The position numbers and the translations under genes were made by a program. Source: Gemmatimonadota bacterium (GTDB lineage Bacteria; Gemmatimonadota; Gemmatimonadetes; Gemmatimonadales; GWC2-71-9). From it: a stretch of DNA of 64,000 nucleotides. Every line of letters begins with the position of its first letter. The first letter of the stretch is position 1. The notes under the pieces are model-generated. The model saw only the letters and a list, made by a program, of their open reading frames with translations. It had not been told where the DNA came from and searched no databases. The DNA is taken from NCBI GenBank assembly GCA_016713785.1, contig JADJOM010000002.1:382381-446380 (forward strand), in the 5' to 3' direction. Shown here piece by piece: positions 8,155 through 16,144 of the stretch.

Positions 8155-9278
8155 CGGGTTGCTCCATGCATGGTCGAACCGTCCACCTGCCGAACCGACG
8201 AACCGTCGGGCCGCCGAGTCGCCGAGCCACCGAGGCGCAGGACCAGTCCGAGGACCACCCCGGTCTCGTCGGAGACGCGGGTGCCCTTGAGGGCGGCGTC
8301 GGCCTCCAAGGTAGCGCGGAGGGCGGCGCGGAGCCGTGCGCCGGACCACGTCTCGGCGGCGCGGCTCCACTGCCGGGCGACGACCTTCCAGTCGCCGATG
8401 CCGAAGGGGCGGACGGCGCGGAAGCGGTCCATGAGTGTCCGCTCCAGCGCGCCGCCGCGGCTGCCCTTCTCGTAGTGGGCGCGGGCGAGCCGCATGCCCA
8501 CCAGCGCGGTGCCGAGGGCGGTGATCATCTTGACGCCGGTCATGCCGGCCTGCTCCAGCACCTGGCGGCCGAGGCTGATGGCGCGCGGGGTATCGTCGGC
8601 GAGCAGCGCCTCGATCCAGTCCTCGAGCGTCTCGCCGTGGCGGATGCCGACCAGCTCACCCACGGTGTCGCGGCTGACGGGGCCCTGGTCGGCGATGCTG
8701 GAGAACTTCTCCAGCTCGGCGCGCAGGGTGCCGAGGTCGTAGCCCACGGCGAGCGCCAGGTGTTCGGCCGCGCCCTCGCCGAAGGTGAGGCCCATCCCCT
8801 TGGCGTGCCAGGCGAGCCAGCGGGCCACGCGATCGGGGGGGAGGGGATCCAGCTGCACCGCGAAGCTCCGGGCGGCGATGGCCGCGTCGGGCTCCCAGTG
8901 GCGGTCCTTCTCGGGGTTGGGCGCGCCCTCGACGAGGATGAGCACCGTCTCGGCGGCGGGATTGGCGAGGTACTTCTGCAGCACCTCGTGGGTCGCGGCC
9001 TTCTTCTTCCACGCCTCGATGTCGCGGATCACCACCACCCGCCGGCTGGCGAGCATGGGGAGGGTGTTGACGAGGGCGTGGAGCTCCTCGGGCGCGAGGC
9101 CCTGGGCGGCACGCTGGTCGAAGTTGAAGTCGCGTTCGTGCGGCTCGAGGGCCCGGTCGAGGATGGCCCGGACGGCTTCATCCTTGAGGATGTCCTCGGC
9201 GCCGCAGAGGTAATAGACGGGGGCCAGCTCGCCCTTACCCAGTGCGCGGAGGAGGTCATCGTAGGCACGGGCGGACAT
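8151..9278 (-). CDS. holA: DNA polymerase III subunit delta
   Basis: 375 aa with N-terminal LAPVYYLCGAEDILKDEA... delta-subunit-like architecture. First gene of a tightly coupled minus-strand cluster. Confidence 0.8.
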   Translation of the reverse strand: MSARAYDDLLRALGKGELAPVYYLCGAEDILKDEAVRAILDRALEPHERDFNFDQRAAQGLAPEELHALVNTLPMLASRRVVVIRDIEAWKKKAATHEVLQKYLANPAAETVLILVEGAPNPEKDRHWEPDAAIAARSFAVQLDPLPPDRVARWLAWHAKGMGLTFGEGAAEHLALAVGYDLGTLRAELEKFSSIADQGPVSRDTVGELVGIRHGETLEDWIEALLADDTPRAISLGRQVLEQAGMTGVKMITALGTALVGMRLARAHYEKGSRGGALERTLMDRFRAVRPFGIGDWKVVARQWSRAAETWSGARLRAALRATLEADAALKGTRVSDETGVVLGLVLRLGGSATRRPDGSSVRQVDGSTMHGATR

Positions 9279-9299
9279 GGGGGAATTGTACCGGGACGG

Positions 9300-9363
9300 G
9301 GCGGTGGGGCGGTAGGGCGGTAGGGCGGTAGGGCGGTAAGGCGGTAAGGCGGTAGGGCGGTAA
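9300..9363 (+). repeat. Octamer tandem repeat, 8 units (GGCGGTGG, GGCGGTAG x3, GGCGGTAA x2, GGCGGTAG, GGCGGTAA)
   Basis: Exact 8-nt phasing was counted from the sequence. It lies between the anti-sigma stop (9372) and the holA start (9278). Confidence 0.9.
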
Positions 9364-9371
9364 CGGCGGGA

Positions 9372-9794
9372 TCAGGGGCGGGTGCGCTCGTAGATGACGA
9401 AGGGCATGCCGGGGATGACGCGGGGCTGGGCGACGACCATGGGCTGGACTTCGGCGGCGATGGGCTCGGGGAGGACGGTGAAGTCCCGGGCGTTCATCGC
9501 GGCGAGGATGGCGAGGAGGAGCACCGCGGCGGTGGCGGCCCAGGGGGAGACCCGGGGCGGCAGCGGTTCGGGGACGGCCTCGCCACTCAGGATGCGCGCC
9601 TCGAGGCCGGCCAGGAAGGCGGGGGACGGGGCGATGTCGGCGCCGCGGAGGACCTCGGTGCCCTCGCGCACGGCACGATCGAAGGCGGCGCAGCCGGCGC
9701 AGACCTCGAGGTGATCGTCCATGTCGGCGGCAAGCTCCGGATCGTGTCCATCACGATACGCGGAGTAGCGGCGCCGGAAGTCCCGGCAGTCCAT
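9372..9794 (-). CDS. Anti-sigma factor (zf-HC2 type) with one TM segment
   Basis: N-terminal MDCRDFRRRYSAYRDG...HLEVCAGCAAF (H-x3-C-x2-C zinc motif) and a hydrophobic segment AATAAVLLLAILAAM. It is downstream of the ECF sigma gene. Confidence 0.7.
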   Translation of the reverse strand: MDCRDFRRRYSAYRDGHDPELAADMDDHLEVCAGCAAFDRAVREGTEVLRGADIAPSPAFLAGLEARILSGEAVPEPLPPRVSPWAATAAVLLLAILAAMNARDFTVLPEPIAAEVQPMVVAQPRVIPGMPFVIYERTRP

Positions 9795-9943
9795 GAGGCT
9801 CGGATGTCGCAGTTAGAAAGGTGGCGCTGCGGGGGAACCCACGCCACATCTTGCCCTTATACCGCTTTCGCCGTCCAATGTTCCGGGCGTCACGGGTGCC
9901 CGGAGATCGGCCCATCCGGGGGCGGCCGCGCCGGGCCGCGCCC

Positions 9944-10600
9944 TCAGTCCAGGTGGGGCGAGATCAGCTCCGCGAAGCTCTGCCGGGCGCGGTTGAGGCG
10001 GCTCTTCACGGTGCCGAGGTTGCAGTGCATGATCTCGGCGATCTCCTCGTAGCTCTTCCCCTCGAGTTCGCGCAGCACGAACACCTCGCGGTGGTGGCTG
10101 GAGAGCCGGGCCACCGTCTGGTCCACGAGGGCGCGCAGGTGGCGCTGCTCGTAGAGGTAGTCGGGGCGGCTGGCGGCGTCCTCGTACTCGACCGGGCGGG
10201 GCTCCTCGTCCTCGGTGGCGCGGCCCTGGTCGAAGGCGATGAGGGGGGAGCGGCTGCGGTTGCGGAGCTCGTTCTTGGCGAGGTTGCTGGCGATGGTGTA
10301 GACCCAGGTGCTGAACTTCCGGGTCCGGTCGAAGCGGTCGAGGTGGCGGTACACCCGCAGGAAGGCCTCCTGCACCAGGTCTTCCGCGCGCTCCCGGTCG
10401 CCGATCATCCGGTACACGAAGTTGAGCAGCCGGACCTGGAAGCGGCCCACGATCTGCCCGAAGGCGCGCGGGTCCCCGGCGAGGTGCGCCTCGATGAGCG
10501 CGTTGATCTCGGGCTGGGGGGCGGGCGGCGTGGCCGGGGCCGCGGCGGGGGGCCGCCGGACGCCGGTCAGGGCAGACTTCAGGAACCGAAGCAGCGCCAT
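9944..10600 (-). CDS. RNA polymerase ECF-type sigma-70 factor
   Basis: Region 2 DLVQEAFLRVYRHLDRFD and region 4 SYEEIAEIMHCNLGTVKSRLNRAR. Confidence 0.9.
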   Translation of the reverse strand: MALLRFLKSALTGVRRPPAAAPATPPAPQPEINALIEAHLAGDPRAFGQIVGRFQVRLLNFVYRMIGDRERAEDLVQEAFLRVYRHLDRFDRTRKFSTWVYTIASNLAKNELRNRSRSPLIAFDQGRATEDEEPRPVEYEDAASRPDYLYEQRHLRALVDQTVARLSSHHREVFVLRELEGKSYEEIAEIMHCNLGTVKSRLNRARQSFAELISPHLD

Positions 10601-10604
10601 CGAG

Positions 10605-11162
10605 TTACCTCGTCTGGCCGCGCCCGGGGGCGCGGAAGGCCTGCAGGTACAGCAACGAGACCAGGGTCTTGCCGTCCTGGATCTCGCCCCGCTCGATCAG
10701 GGCCAGCACCTCGGACCAGGGGGTGGGGCAGAGCTCGAGGAACTCATCGTGCTCCCGCTGGTGCTGCCCCGCTTCCAATCCGCCGGCCACGAACAGGTGG
10801 ATTCGTTCGTCGGTGAAGCCGGGGGTGGTGAAGATGGTGGTGAGCCGCTCCAGCCGGCTCGCCCGCATCCCCGTCTCCTCCAGCAGCTCCCGCCGGGCGC
10901 ACTGCTCCGGCTGCTCCCCCGGATCCAGCCGGCCCGCCGGGATCTCCCAGATCACCCCGCCCGCCGCGTGGCGGAACTGCCGGATGAGGAGCACCCGAGG
11001 GTCCGGGGTGGCCGGATCATCCAGCATGGGGACGACGGCCGCGGCGCCGGGATGACGGATCATCTCCAGCTGGCCGGTGCTGCCGTCGGGGAACCGCACC
11101 GTCTCGACGTCGAGGTGGATCACCCGCCCCGTGTACTTCCGTTCCGAGCCGATCAGCGCCAT
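10605..11162 (-). CDS. NUDIX hydrolase (ADP-ribose pyrophosphatase-like)
   Basis: Nudix box GRLDPGEQPEQCARRELLEETG. ATG at 11160-11162 (MALIGSERKYTGRVIHLD) is preferred over the upstream TTG at 11225. Confidence 0.85.
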   Translation of the reverse strand: MALIGSERKYTGRVIHLDVETVRFPDGSTGQLEMIRHPGAAAVVPMLDDPATPDPRVLLIRQFRHAAGGVIWEIPAGRLDPGEQPEQCARRELLEETGMRASRLERLTTIFTTPGFTDERIHLFVAGGLEAGQHQREHDEFLELCPTPWSEVLALIERGEIQDGKTLVSLLYLQAFRAPGRGQTR

Positions 11163-11254
11163 GGGCGGAACATGGGCGCCCCGCCCCGGGGTCACAAGAG
11201 TAGGTCCGGGGAAGGGGAGGGGCAATGTTGGGTATGGGAAGGTTGGACAACGCC

Positions 11255-11313
11255 GGTAGGGCGGTAGGGCGGTAAGGCGGTAACCTGCCGCCCTACCGCC
11301 CTACCGCCCTACC
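11255..11313. repeat. Inverted octamer-repeat arrays forming a 26-bp hairpin (candidate terminator)
   Basis: ggtagggcggtagggcggtaaggcgg (11255-11280), loop taacctg, ccgccctaccgccctaccgccctacc (11288-11313). Pairing checked base by base: 25 of 26 positions pair. Confidence 0.85.
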
Positions 11314-11316
11314 GCC

Positions 11317-12762
11317 TTACCGCTCCTGCCCGTCCAGCCCCACGGCGACCACCGGCCCGAGGTTCAGGGCTTCGAGGCCGGGTCGGATCCTGGCGGCGTC
11401 GCCGACCACGACGACGTGGAGGCGTTCGGGGTCGTAGCTGGCGCGGGCCACGCGCTGCACGTCGGCAGCGGTGACGGCGAGGACCTGCTTCACGTAGCGG
11501 TCGTACCAGGTGACGGGGAGGCCGTAGGTGAGCAGCTCCTCGACCTGGTCGCCCATCTGGCCCGCGGTCTCGAACTCGCCGGGGAGGCCGAAGGCGATGT
11601 AGTTGCGGGCCCGGGCCAGCTCGACGTCGCTCACCGGCGCGTCGCGGATGGCGTTGAGCTCCTTGAAGAACTCCACCAGCGAGCTGTCGGTGACGTCGCT
11701 GCGGACGGCGGCGCGGGCGGTGAAGGGGCCGGGGAGCGGGCGCCAGGCGAAGCCGGAGCCGGCGCCGTAGGTGTAGCCCTTCGTCTCGCGCAGGTTCTGG
11801 TTGAGCCGCGAGGAGAACGAGCCGCCGAGGATGGTGTTCATCACCTCGATGGCGGCGTAGTCGGGGGTGGAGCGATCGAGGCCGGGGCGCCCGATCATGA
11901 TGACCGACTGGGCGGCGCCGGGCTTGTCGACCAGGTAGATGGTCCGGCGGCTCGGGGCCTCGGGGGCCGGGGGCACCGGGGCACGGAGCGCCGCCATGCG
12001 GTTGGCGCGCCAGGGGCCGAAGCGCTTGCCGATCTCGGCGCGGGCCTCGGCGAGGGAGATGTCGCCGGTGATGATGAACTCCGACTGGTCGGGGCGCACC
12101 ACCCGCTGGTAGAAGCCGCGCACGGTGGCGGAGTCGAGCCGGGCGGTGCCGGCCGAGTCGCCGTTGATGGGGCGGTGGTAGGGGTGCGCCGCCGGGAAGA
12201 CGATGGCGCCGAAGGCCAGGCTTGCCATGCCGTTGGGCTGGTCGCGCGCGGCGAGGATCGCGGCGAGGCGGAGGTCGCGTTCGCGGCTGACGTCGCTGCT
12301 CCGGAAGCCGGGGCGGAGGGCCACGTCGGCGAGGAGGTCGAGCGCCGGGCCGAGGGTGCGGCGCGGGGTGTTGAGGCTGAGGTAGAGGTAGTCCCAGTCG
12401 GCGGCGACGGAGAGCTCGGCGCCGAGGAAGGCGGCTTCGGCGGCGATGCCGAGGCCGTCGCGGGCGCCGGCGGCTTCATCGAGCATGCCGGCGGTGAAGG
12501 TGGCGAGGCCGGGGAGGTCGCCGTCGAGGCGGGCGCCGCCCTTCACGCGCAGGGTCACCTGCACCAGCGGCACCTCGTGCATGGGGACCACGCGGAGGGA
12601 GGCGCCGTTGGGGAGCCGGGCCTGCTGGATGGCGGGGAGCGTGAGGCTGGCGGGCGGCGTCACCGCCGGGACCTGGGCGCGGTCGAAGCCCTGGGCGCGG
12701 GCGCCGGTGGCGAGCAGCAGCGCGGCCGCCAGGGCGGCCAGGGGTCGGGTGATCGGCGTCAT
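11317..12762 (-). CDS. M16 family peptidase, probable non-catalytic partner subunit
   Basis: 481 aa with a signal peptide (MTPITRPLAALAAALLLATGARA) and an insulinase-like body, but no HxxEH motif. ATGA overlap with the upstream M16 gene. Confidence 0.85.
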   Translation of the reverse strand: MTPITRPLAALAAALLLATGARAQGFDRAQVPAVTPPASLTLPAIQQARLPNGASLRVVPMHEVPLVQVTLRVKGGARLDGDLPGLATFTAGMLDEAAGARDGLGIAAEAAFLGAELSVAADWDYLYLSLNTPRRTLGPALDLLADVALRPGFRSSDVSRERDLRLAAILAARDQPNGMASLAFGAIVFPAAHPYHRPINGDSAGTARLDSATVRGFYQRVVRPDQSEFIITGDISLAEARAEIGKRFGPWRANRMAALRAPVPPAPEAPSRRTIYLVDKPGAAQSVIMIGRPGLDRSTPDYAAIEVMNTILGGSFSSRLNQNLRETKGYTYGAGSGFAWRPLPGPFTARAAVRSDVTDSSLVEFFKELNAIRDAPVSDVELARARNYIAFGLPGEFETAGQMGDQVEELLTYGLPVTWYDRYVKQVLAVTAADVQRVARASYDPERLHVVVVGDAARIRPGLEALNLGPVVAVGLDGQER

Positions 12763-14129
12763 GGCGTCCCCTTCACCGGCGTGGCGGCGAGTTCGGGCTT
12801 GCCCTGCGGCACCACGCTGAGGGTGACGCGGGGCTGGGTCAGGTACCGCGTGGCGACGCGCTGGATGTCGGCGGCGGTGATGGCGCGGTAGCGGGCCAGG
12901 TCGGCGGCGAAGCCGTCGGCGTGGCCGGTGCGGACGAAGTAGCCGTTCAGCATGTCGGCCTTGCCGTTGACGGTCTCGATCCGGCGGAGGAACGAGGCCT
13001 CGAGGGCGTTGATGGCCTGCTCCAGCTCGCGGGCGGTGGGGCCCTCGGCGGCCAGGCGGCGCAGCTCCCGGTCGATCGTGGGCTGCAGCCCGGTGAGGGC
13101 CTGCTCCGGCTTGGCGGTGGCCACCACCCAGAAGTCGCCGCCGACGCGCTTGCCGTCCTGGTAGGCCCAGACGCTGGAGGCGGTCTGGTCGTCGTGCACC
13201 AGGGCCTCGGTGAGGCGGCTGTTCTTCTCGCCGGCGAGCAGGTAGGCGAGCAGCTCGAGCGGGGCGTCGTCGGGGGTCAGCCCGGGGACGGTGGGCCAGA
13301 CGTAGTAGAGCCGCGCCAGCTGCACCCGGTCCTCGAGCACCGCGGCGGTGTCGCGGGGGAGGGCCACGGCCGCGGCGGTGGTGCGCTCGATGGCGGGCCC
13401 GCGGGGGATCTCGCTGAAGTACTGCCGCGCCAGGCGGAGCACCTCCGCCGGCTGCACGTCGCCGGCCACGACCAGCGAGGCGTTGTTGGGCGCGTAGTAG
13501 CGGCGGAAGAAGTCCTTCACGTCCTCGACCGACGCGGCGGAGAGGTCGGCCATGGAGCCGATGACGGGCCAGGAGTAGGGGTGGCCCGCGGGGTAGAGCA
13601 GGGCGAGGATGGTCTCGTTGGCCAGGCCGTAGGGCTGGTTCTCGTTGCTCTGGCGGCGCTCGTTCTTCACCACGTCGCGCTGCAGGTCCACCTTCTCGCC
13701 GGTCATGGTGGGGAGCAGCCAGCCCATGCGGTCGGCCTCCAGCCAGAGCATCAGCGGGAGGGCCGTGGCGGGGCCCCATTCGTAGTAGTTGGTGCGGTCC
13801 TCGGTGGTGGAGCCGTTGTTGTTGGCGCCGGCCCCCTCGAGGAGGCGGTCGAAGGCGGGGTACTCGGCGTTCTGGGAGCCCATGAACATCAGGTGCTCGA
13901 ACAGGTGCGCGAAGCCGGTGCGGCCGGCCTTCTCGTCGCCGGAGCCGACGTGGTACCAGACGTTCACGGCGACGGTGGGGACACTGTGGTCCTCGTGGAC
14001 GATCACCGTGAGCCCGTTGGGCAGGGTGTCCACGGTGACGGGGACCCGGAGCGCCGGGGCCTGGGCCGCCGCCGGCGGCGCGAGCAGGGCCGCCAGCAGC
14101 AGGACGCGGGCGGGGGGACGGAGCAGCAT
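12759..14129 (-). CDS. M16 family zinc peptidase (pitrilysin/insulinase-like), catalytic subunit
   Basis: HLFEHLMFMG inverted zinc motif (HxxEH) and a signal peptide. Confidence 0.9.
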   Translation of the reverse strand: MLLRPPARVLLLAALLAPPAAAQAPALRVPVTVDTLPNGLTVIVHEDHSVPTVAVNVWYHVGSGDEKAGRTGFAHLFEHLMFMGSQNAEYPAFDRLLEGAGANNNGSTTEDRTNYYEWGPATALPLMLWLEADRMGWLLPTMTGEKVDLQRDVVKNERRQSNENQPYGLANETILALLYPAGHPYSWPVIGSMADLSAASVEDVKDFFRRYYAPNNASLVVAGDVQPAEVLRLARQYFSEIPRGPAIERTTAAAVALPRDTAAVLEDRVQLARLYYVWPTVPGLTPDDAPLELLAYLLAGEKNSRLTEALVHDDQTASSVWAYQDGKRVGGDFWVVATAKPEQALTGLQPTIDRELRRLAAEGPTARELEQAINALEASFLRRIETVNGKADMLNGYFVRTGHADGFAADLARYRAITAADIQRVATRYLTQPRVTLSVVPQGKPELAATPVKGTP

Positions 14130-14236
14130 GGGATGGACTCTCCAAGCGGGACGCGGCGGGGTGCTGGCGTGAACCCCGCCATGGGTCGAGAATAATAGCG
14201 GGCCCGGCTCCCCTCCGGCCCCGGCAAGGACGGTCC

Positions 14237-15973
14237 ATGGCGGCAGTGGTGGTCGCAGGCGCTCCAGGGCAGCCGCGCGATGACGTGACGCGGTGGCTGG
14301 CGGCGGCGGCGGTGGTGTGGGGCGGGTGGGCGCTGTTCGCGCTGCTCGGGCCGTTCGCCGAGTGGAGCATCCCCTGGCGCTACGCCGGCTTCGGCTTCTC
14401 CACCGCGGTGGAGGGGGCGCTGTTCTGGCGGGCGGCGCGGCGCGCCGACCTGGGCCCGCGGCTGCGGCTGGCGCTCGGGATCTCCGCCGCGGCGTTCGGG
14501 GTGAGCGCCTTCTCCTACCTGTACAGCGGCGCCGCCACCCTCGGGGCGCTGCCGCCGTTCCCCACGCTGCTCGACGACGTGCTCACCTTCGCCACCTACG
14601 GCATCGCGGTGGTGGGGCTCCTCTGCTGGCCGCTGGCGCCGCTGCCGCGCGGGCGGTGGTGGCACTTCGGGCTCGACGCCACCATCGGCATCGCGGGCAT
14701 GGGGCTCTTCTTCTGGGTGCTGTCCACGCTGCCCGGGGACCCGGTGGGCGCCCCGTCGCAGCGCGGGTTCCTGCTGGCGCTGAGCGCGGCGCAGCTGCTC
14801 GACCTGGTGGCGCTCAACGTGGTGCTGGTGCGCGGGCTGCCGCTGCCCACGCCGCGCGCGTTCCGGATGTACATGGCCGCCCTCGGCCTCGAGGTGGTGA
14901 GCCTGGTGGTGATCCAGTACTTCGCCGCCACCCTGCCCCCCTACAGCGTGAGCCGCTACGACGACGCGCTCTACATCGTGGTCCAGCTGCTGTACGTCCT
15001 CGCCGGGCTGCTGATCCTGCATGACCCGGTGGAGGAGCCGGCGCCGTCACCGCTGCCGCCGTGGCTGCTCACCTTCAACCCGCTGCCGCTGCTGGCCATC
15101 GCGGGCGTGGCGGCGCTCTTCCTGTCCGAGGTGACCCGCGGCGACGGGGCGATCGAGACCGTGCTCGCGCTCGGGCTCGTGGTGCTGGTGGCGCTGCAGA
15201 CGATCCGCCTCGTGGCGACGGTGGGGGAGAACGCGCGGCTGGTGCAGCATGAGGCGGCGCTGCAGGGGGAGAAGCTCGAGGCGCTGCGCCGGATCTCGGG
15301 CGGGATCTCGCACGAGTTCAACAACATGCTCACGGCGGTGATCGGCCACGCCGAGCTGGGCCTGACGGAGGTGGATCCGGGCAGCCGGGTGGGGCGGGAT
15401 CTCGAGGGGATCCGTGCCGCGGCGGAGCGGGCCTCGGTGCTCACCCGGGAGCTGCTGGCGTACAGCGGGGGCCAGTTCACCGGCCGGGAGCGGCTGGACC
15501 TGGGCGCCGAACTGCGGCGGCAGGCGCCGCGGATCCGGCAGGCGGCGGGAAGCCGGGTGTCGGTGATCGTGCAGCTCCCGGACGGGCCCGCGCGGGTCAT
15601 CGGCGACCGGGCACAGCTGGCGGAGATGGTCCTCGCGCTGGCGCGCCACGCCGAACGCCGGATGCCGTCGGGGGGGACCCTGACCCTGGAGCTGCAGCGG
15701 GCGCTGCTGCAGGCGCCGGTCGGGGTGGCGGCCGGCACCCTCCCGGCCGGGGCGTACCTGCGGCTCGCGGTGACCGACACGGGGCCCGCGCTGCCCCGGC
15801 CGGCGGTGGAGCGGATCTTCGAGCCCTTCTCCACCTCGGCCGACAGCGGGATCCCGGCGCTTGGCCTGGCGGCGGTGCAGGGGGTGGTGGCGGCGCACGG
15901 CGGCGGCATCGTGGCCGCAAGCGAACCGGACCAGGGGCTGCAGCTCACGCTCTACCTGCCGGAGGCGGCATAG
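14237..15973 (+). CDS. Membrane sensor histidine kinase (multi-TM N-terminal sensor, HisKA plus HATPase)
   Basis: About 300 aa of repeated hydrophobic segments, then H-box ISHEFNNMLTAVIGHAEL and a C-terminal ATPase (GLGLAAVQGVVAAHGG). Confidence 0.85.
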   Translation: MAAVVVAGAPGQPRDDVTRWLAAAAVVWGGWALFALLGPFAEWSIPWRYAGFGFSTAVEGALFWRAARRADLGPRLRLALGISAAAFGVSAFSYLYSGAATLGALPPFPTLLDDVLTFATYGIAVVGLLCWPLAPLPRGRWWHFGLDATIGIAGMGLFFWVLSTLPGDPVGAPSQRGFLLALSAAQLLDLVALNVVLVRGLPLPTPRAFRMYMAALGLEVVSLVVIQYFAATLPPYSVSRYDDALYIVVQLLYVLAGLLILHDPVEEPAPSPLPPWLLTFNPLPLLAIAGVAALFLSEVTRGDGAIETVLALGLVVLVALQTIRLVATVGENARLVQHEAALQGEKLEALRRISGGISHEFNNMLTAVIGHAELGLTEVDPGSRVGRDLEGIRAAAERASVLTRELLAYSGGQFTGRERLDLGAELRRQAPRIRQAAGSRVSVIVQLPDGPARVIGDRAQLAEMVLALARHAERRMPSGGTLTLELQRALLQAPVGVAAGTLPAGAYLRLAVTDTGPALPRPAVERIFEPFSTSADSGIPALGLAAVQGVVAAHGGGIVAASEPDQGLQLTLYLPEAA

Positions 15974-16144
15974 GCCCCGGCCACGGACGGCGCCGCCTGC
16001 CCCACCCGCCCGGCCGAAGGGCCAACGGAACCCCGCGCAGGGGGTTGCCGGCCAGCCGCCGGGACGGCCGTCCTTCTGCGGCGGCGTCCGCGCGGTAGAT
16101 TCCCCGGCAGCTTTCCGCCCACCCTGATCGCCGTCCCTCACCCG

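Noticed and set aside
9300-9363. Tandem repeats as a possible CRISPR array
   Set aside because: Units are 7 to 9 nt and directly abutting, with no spacers. There are no cas genes in the window. These are microsatellite- or REP-like arrays, not CRISPR.
11317-14129. The M16 peptidase pair as something unusual
   Set aside because: An HxxEH-containing subunit followed by a translationally coupled partner lacking HxxEH is the standard arrangement for bacterial M16B heterodimeric peptidases.
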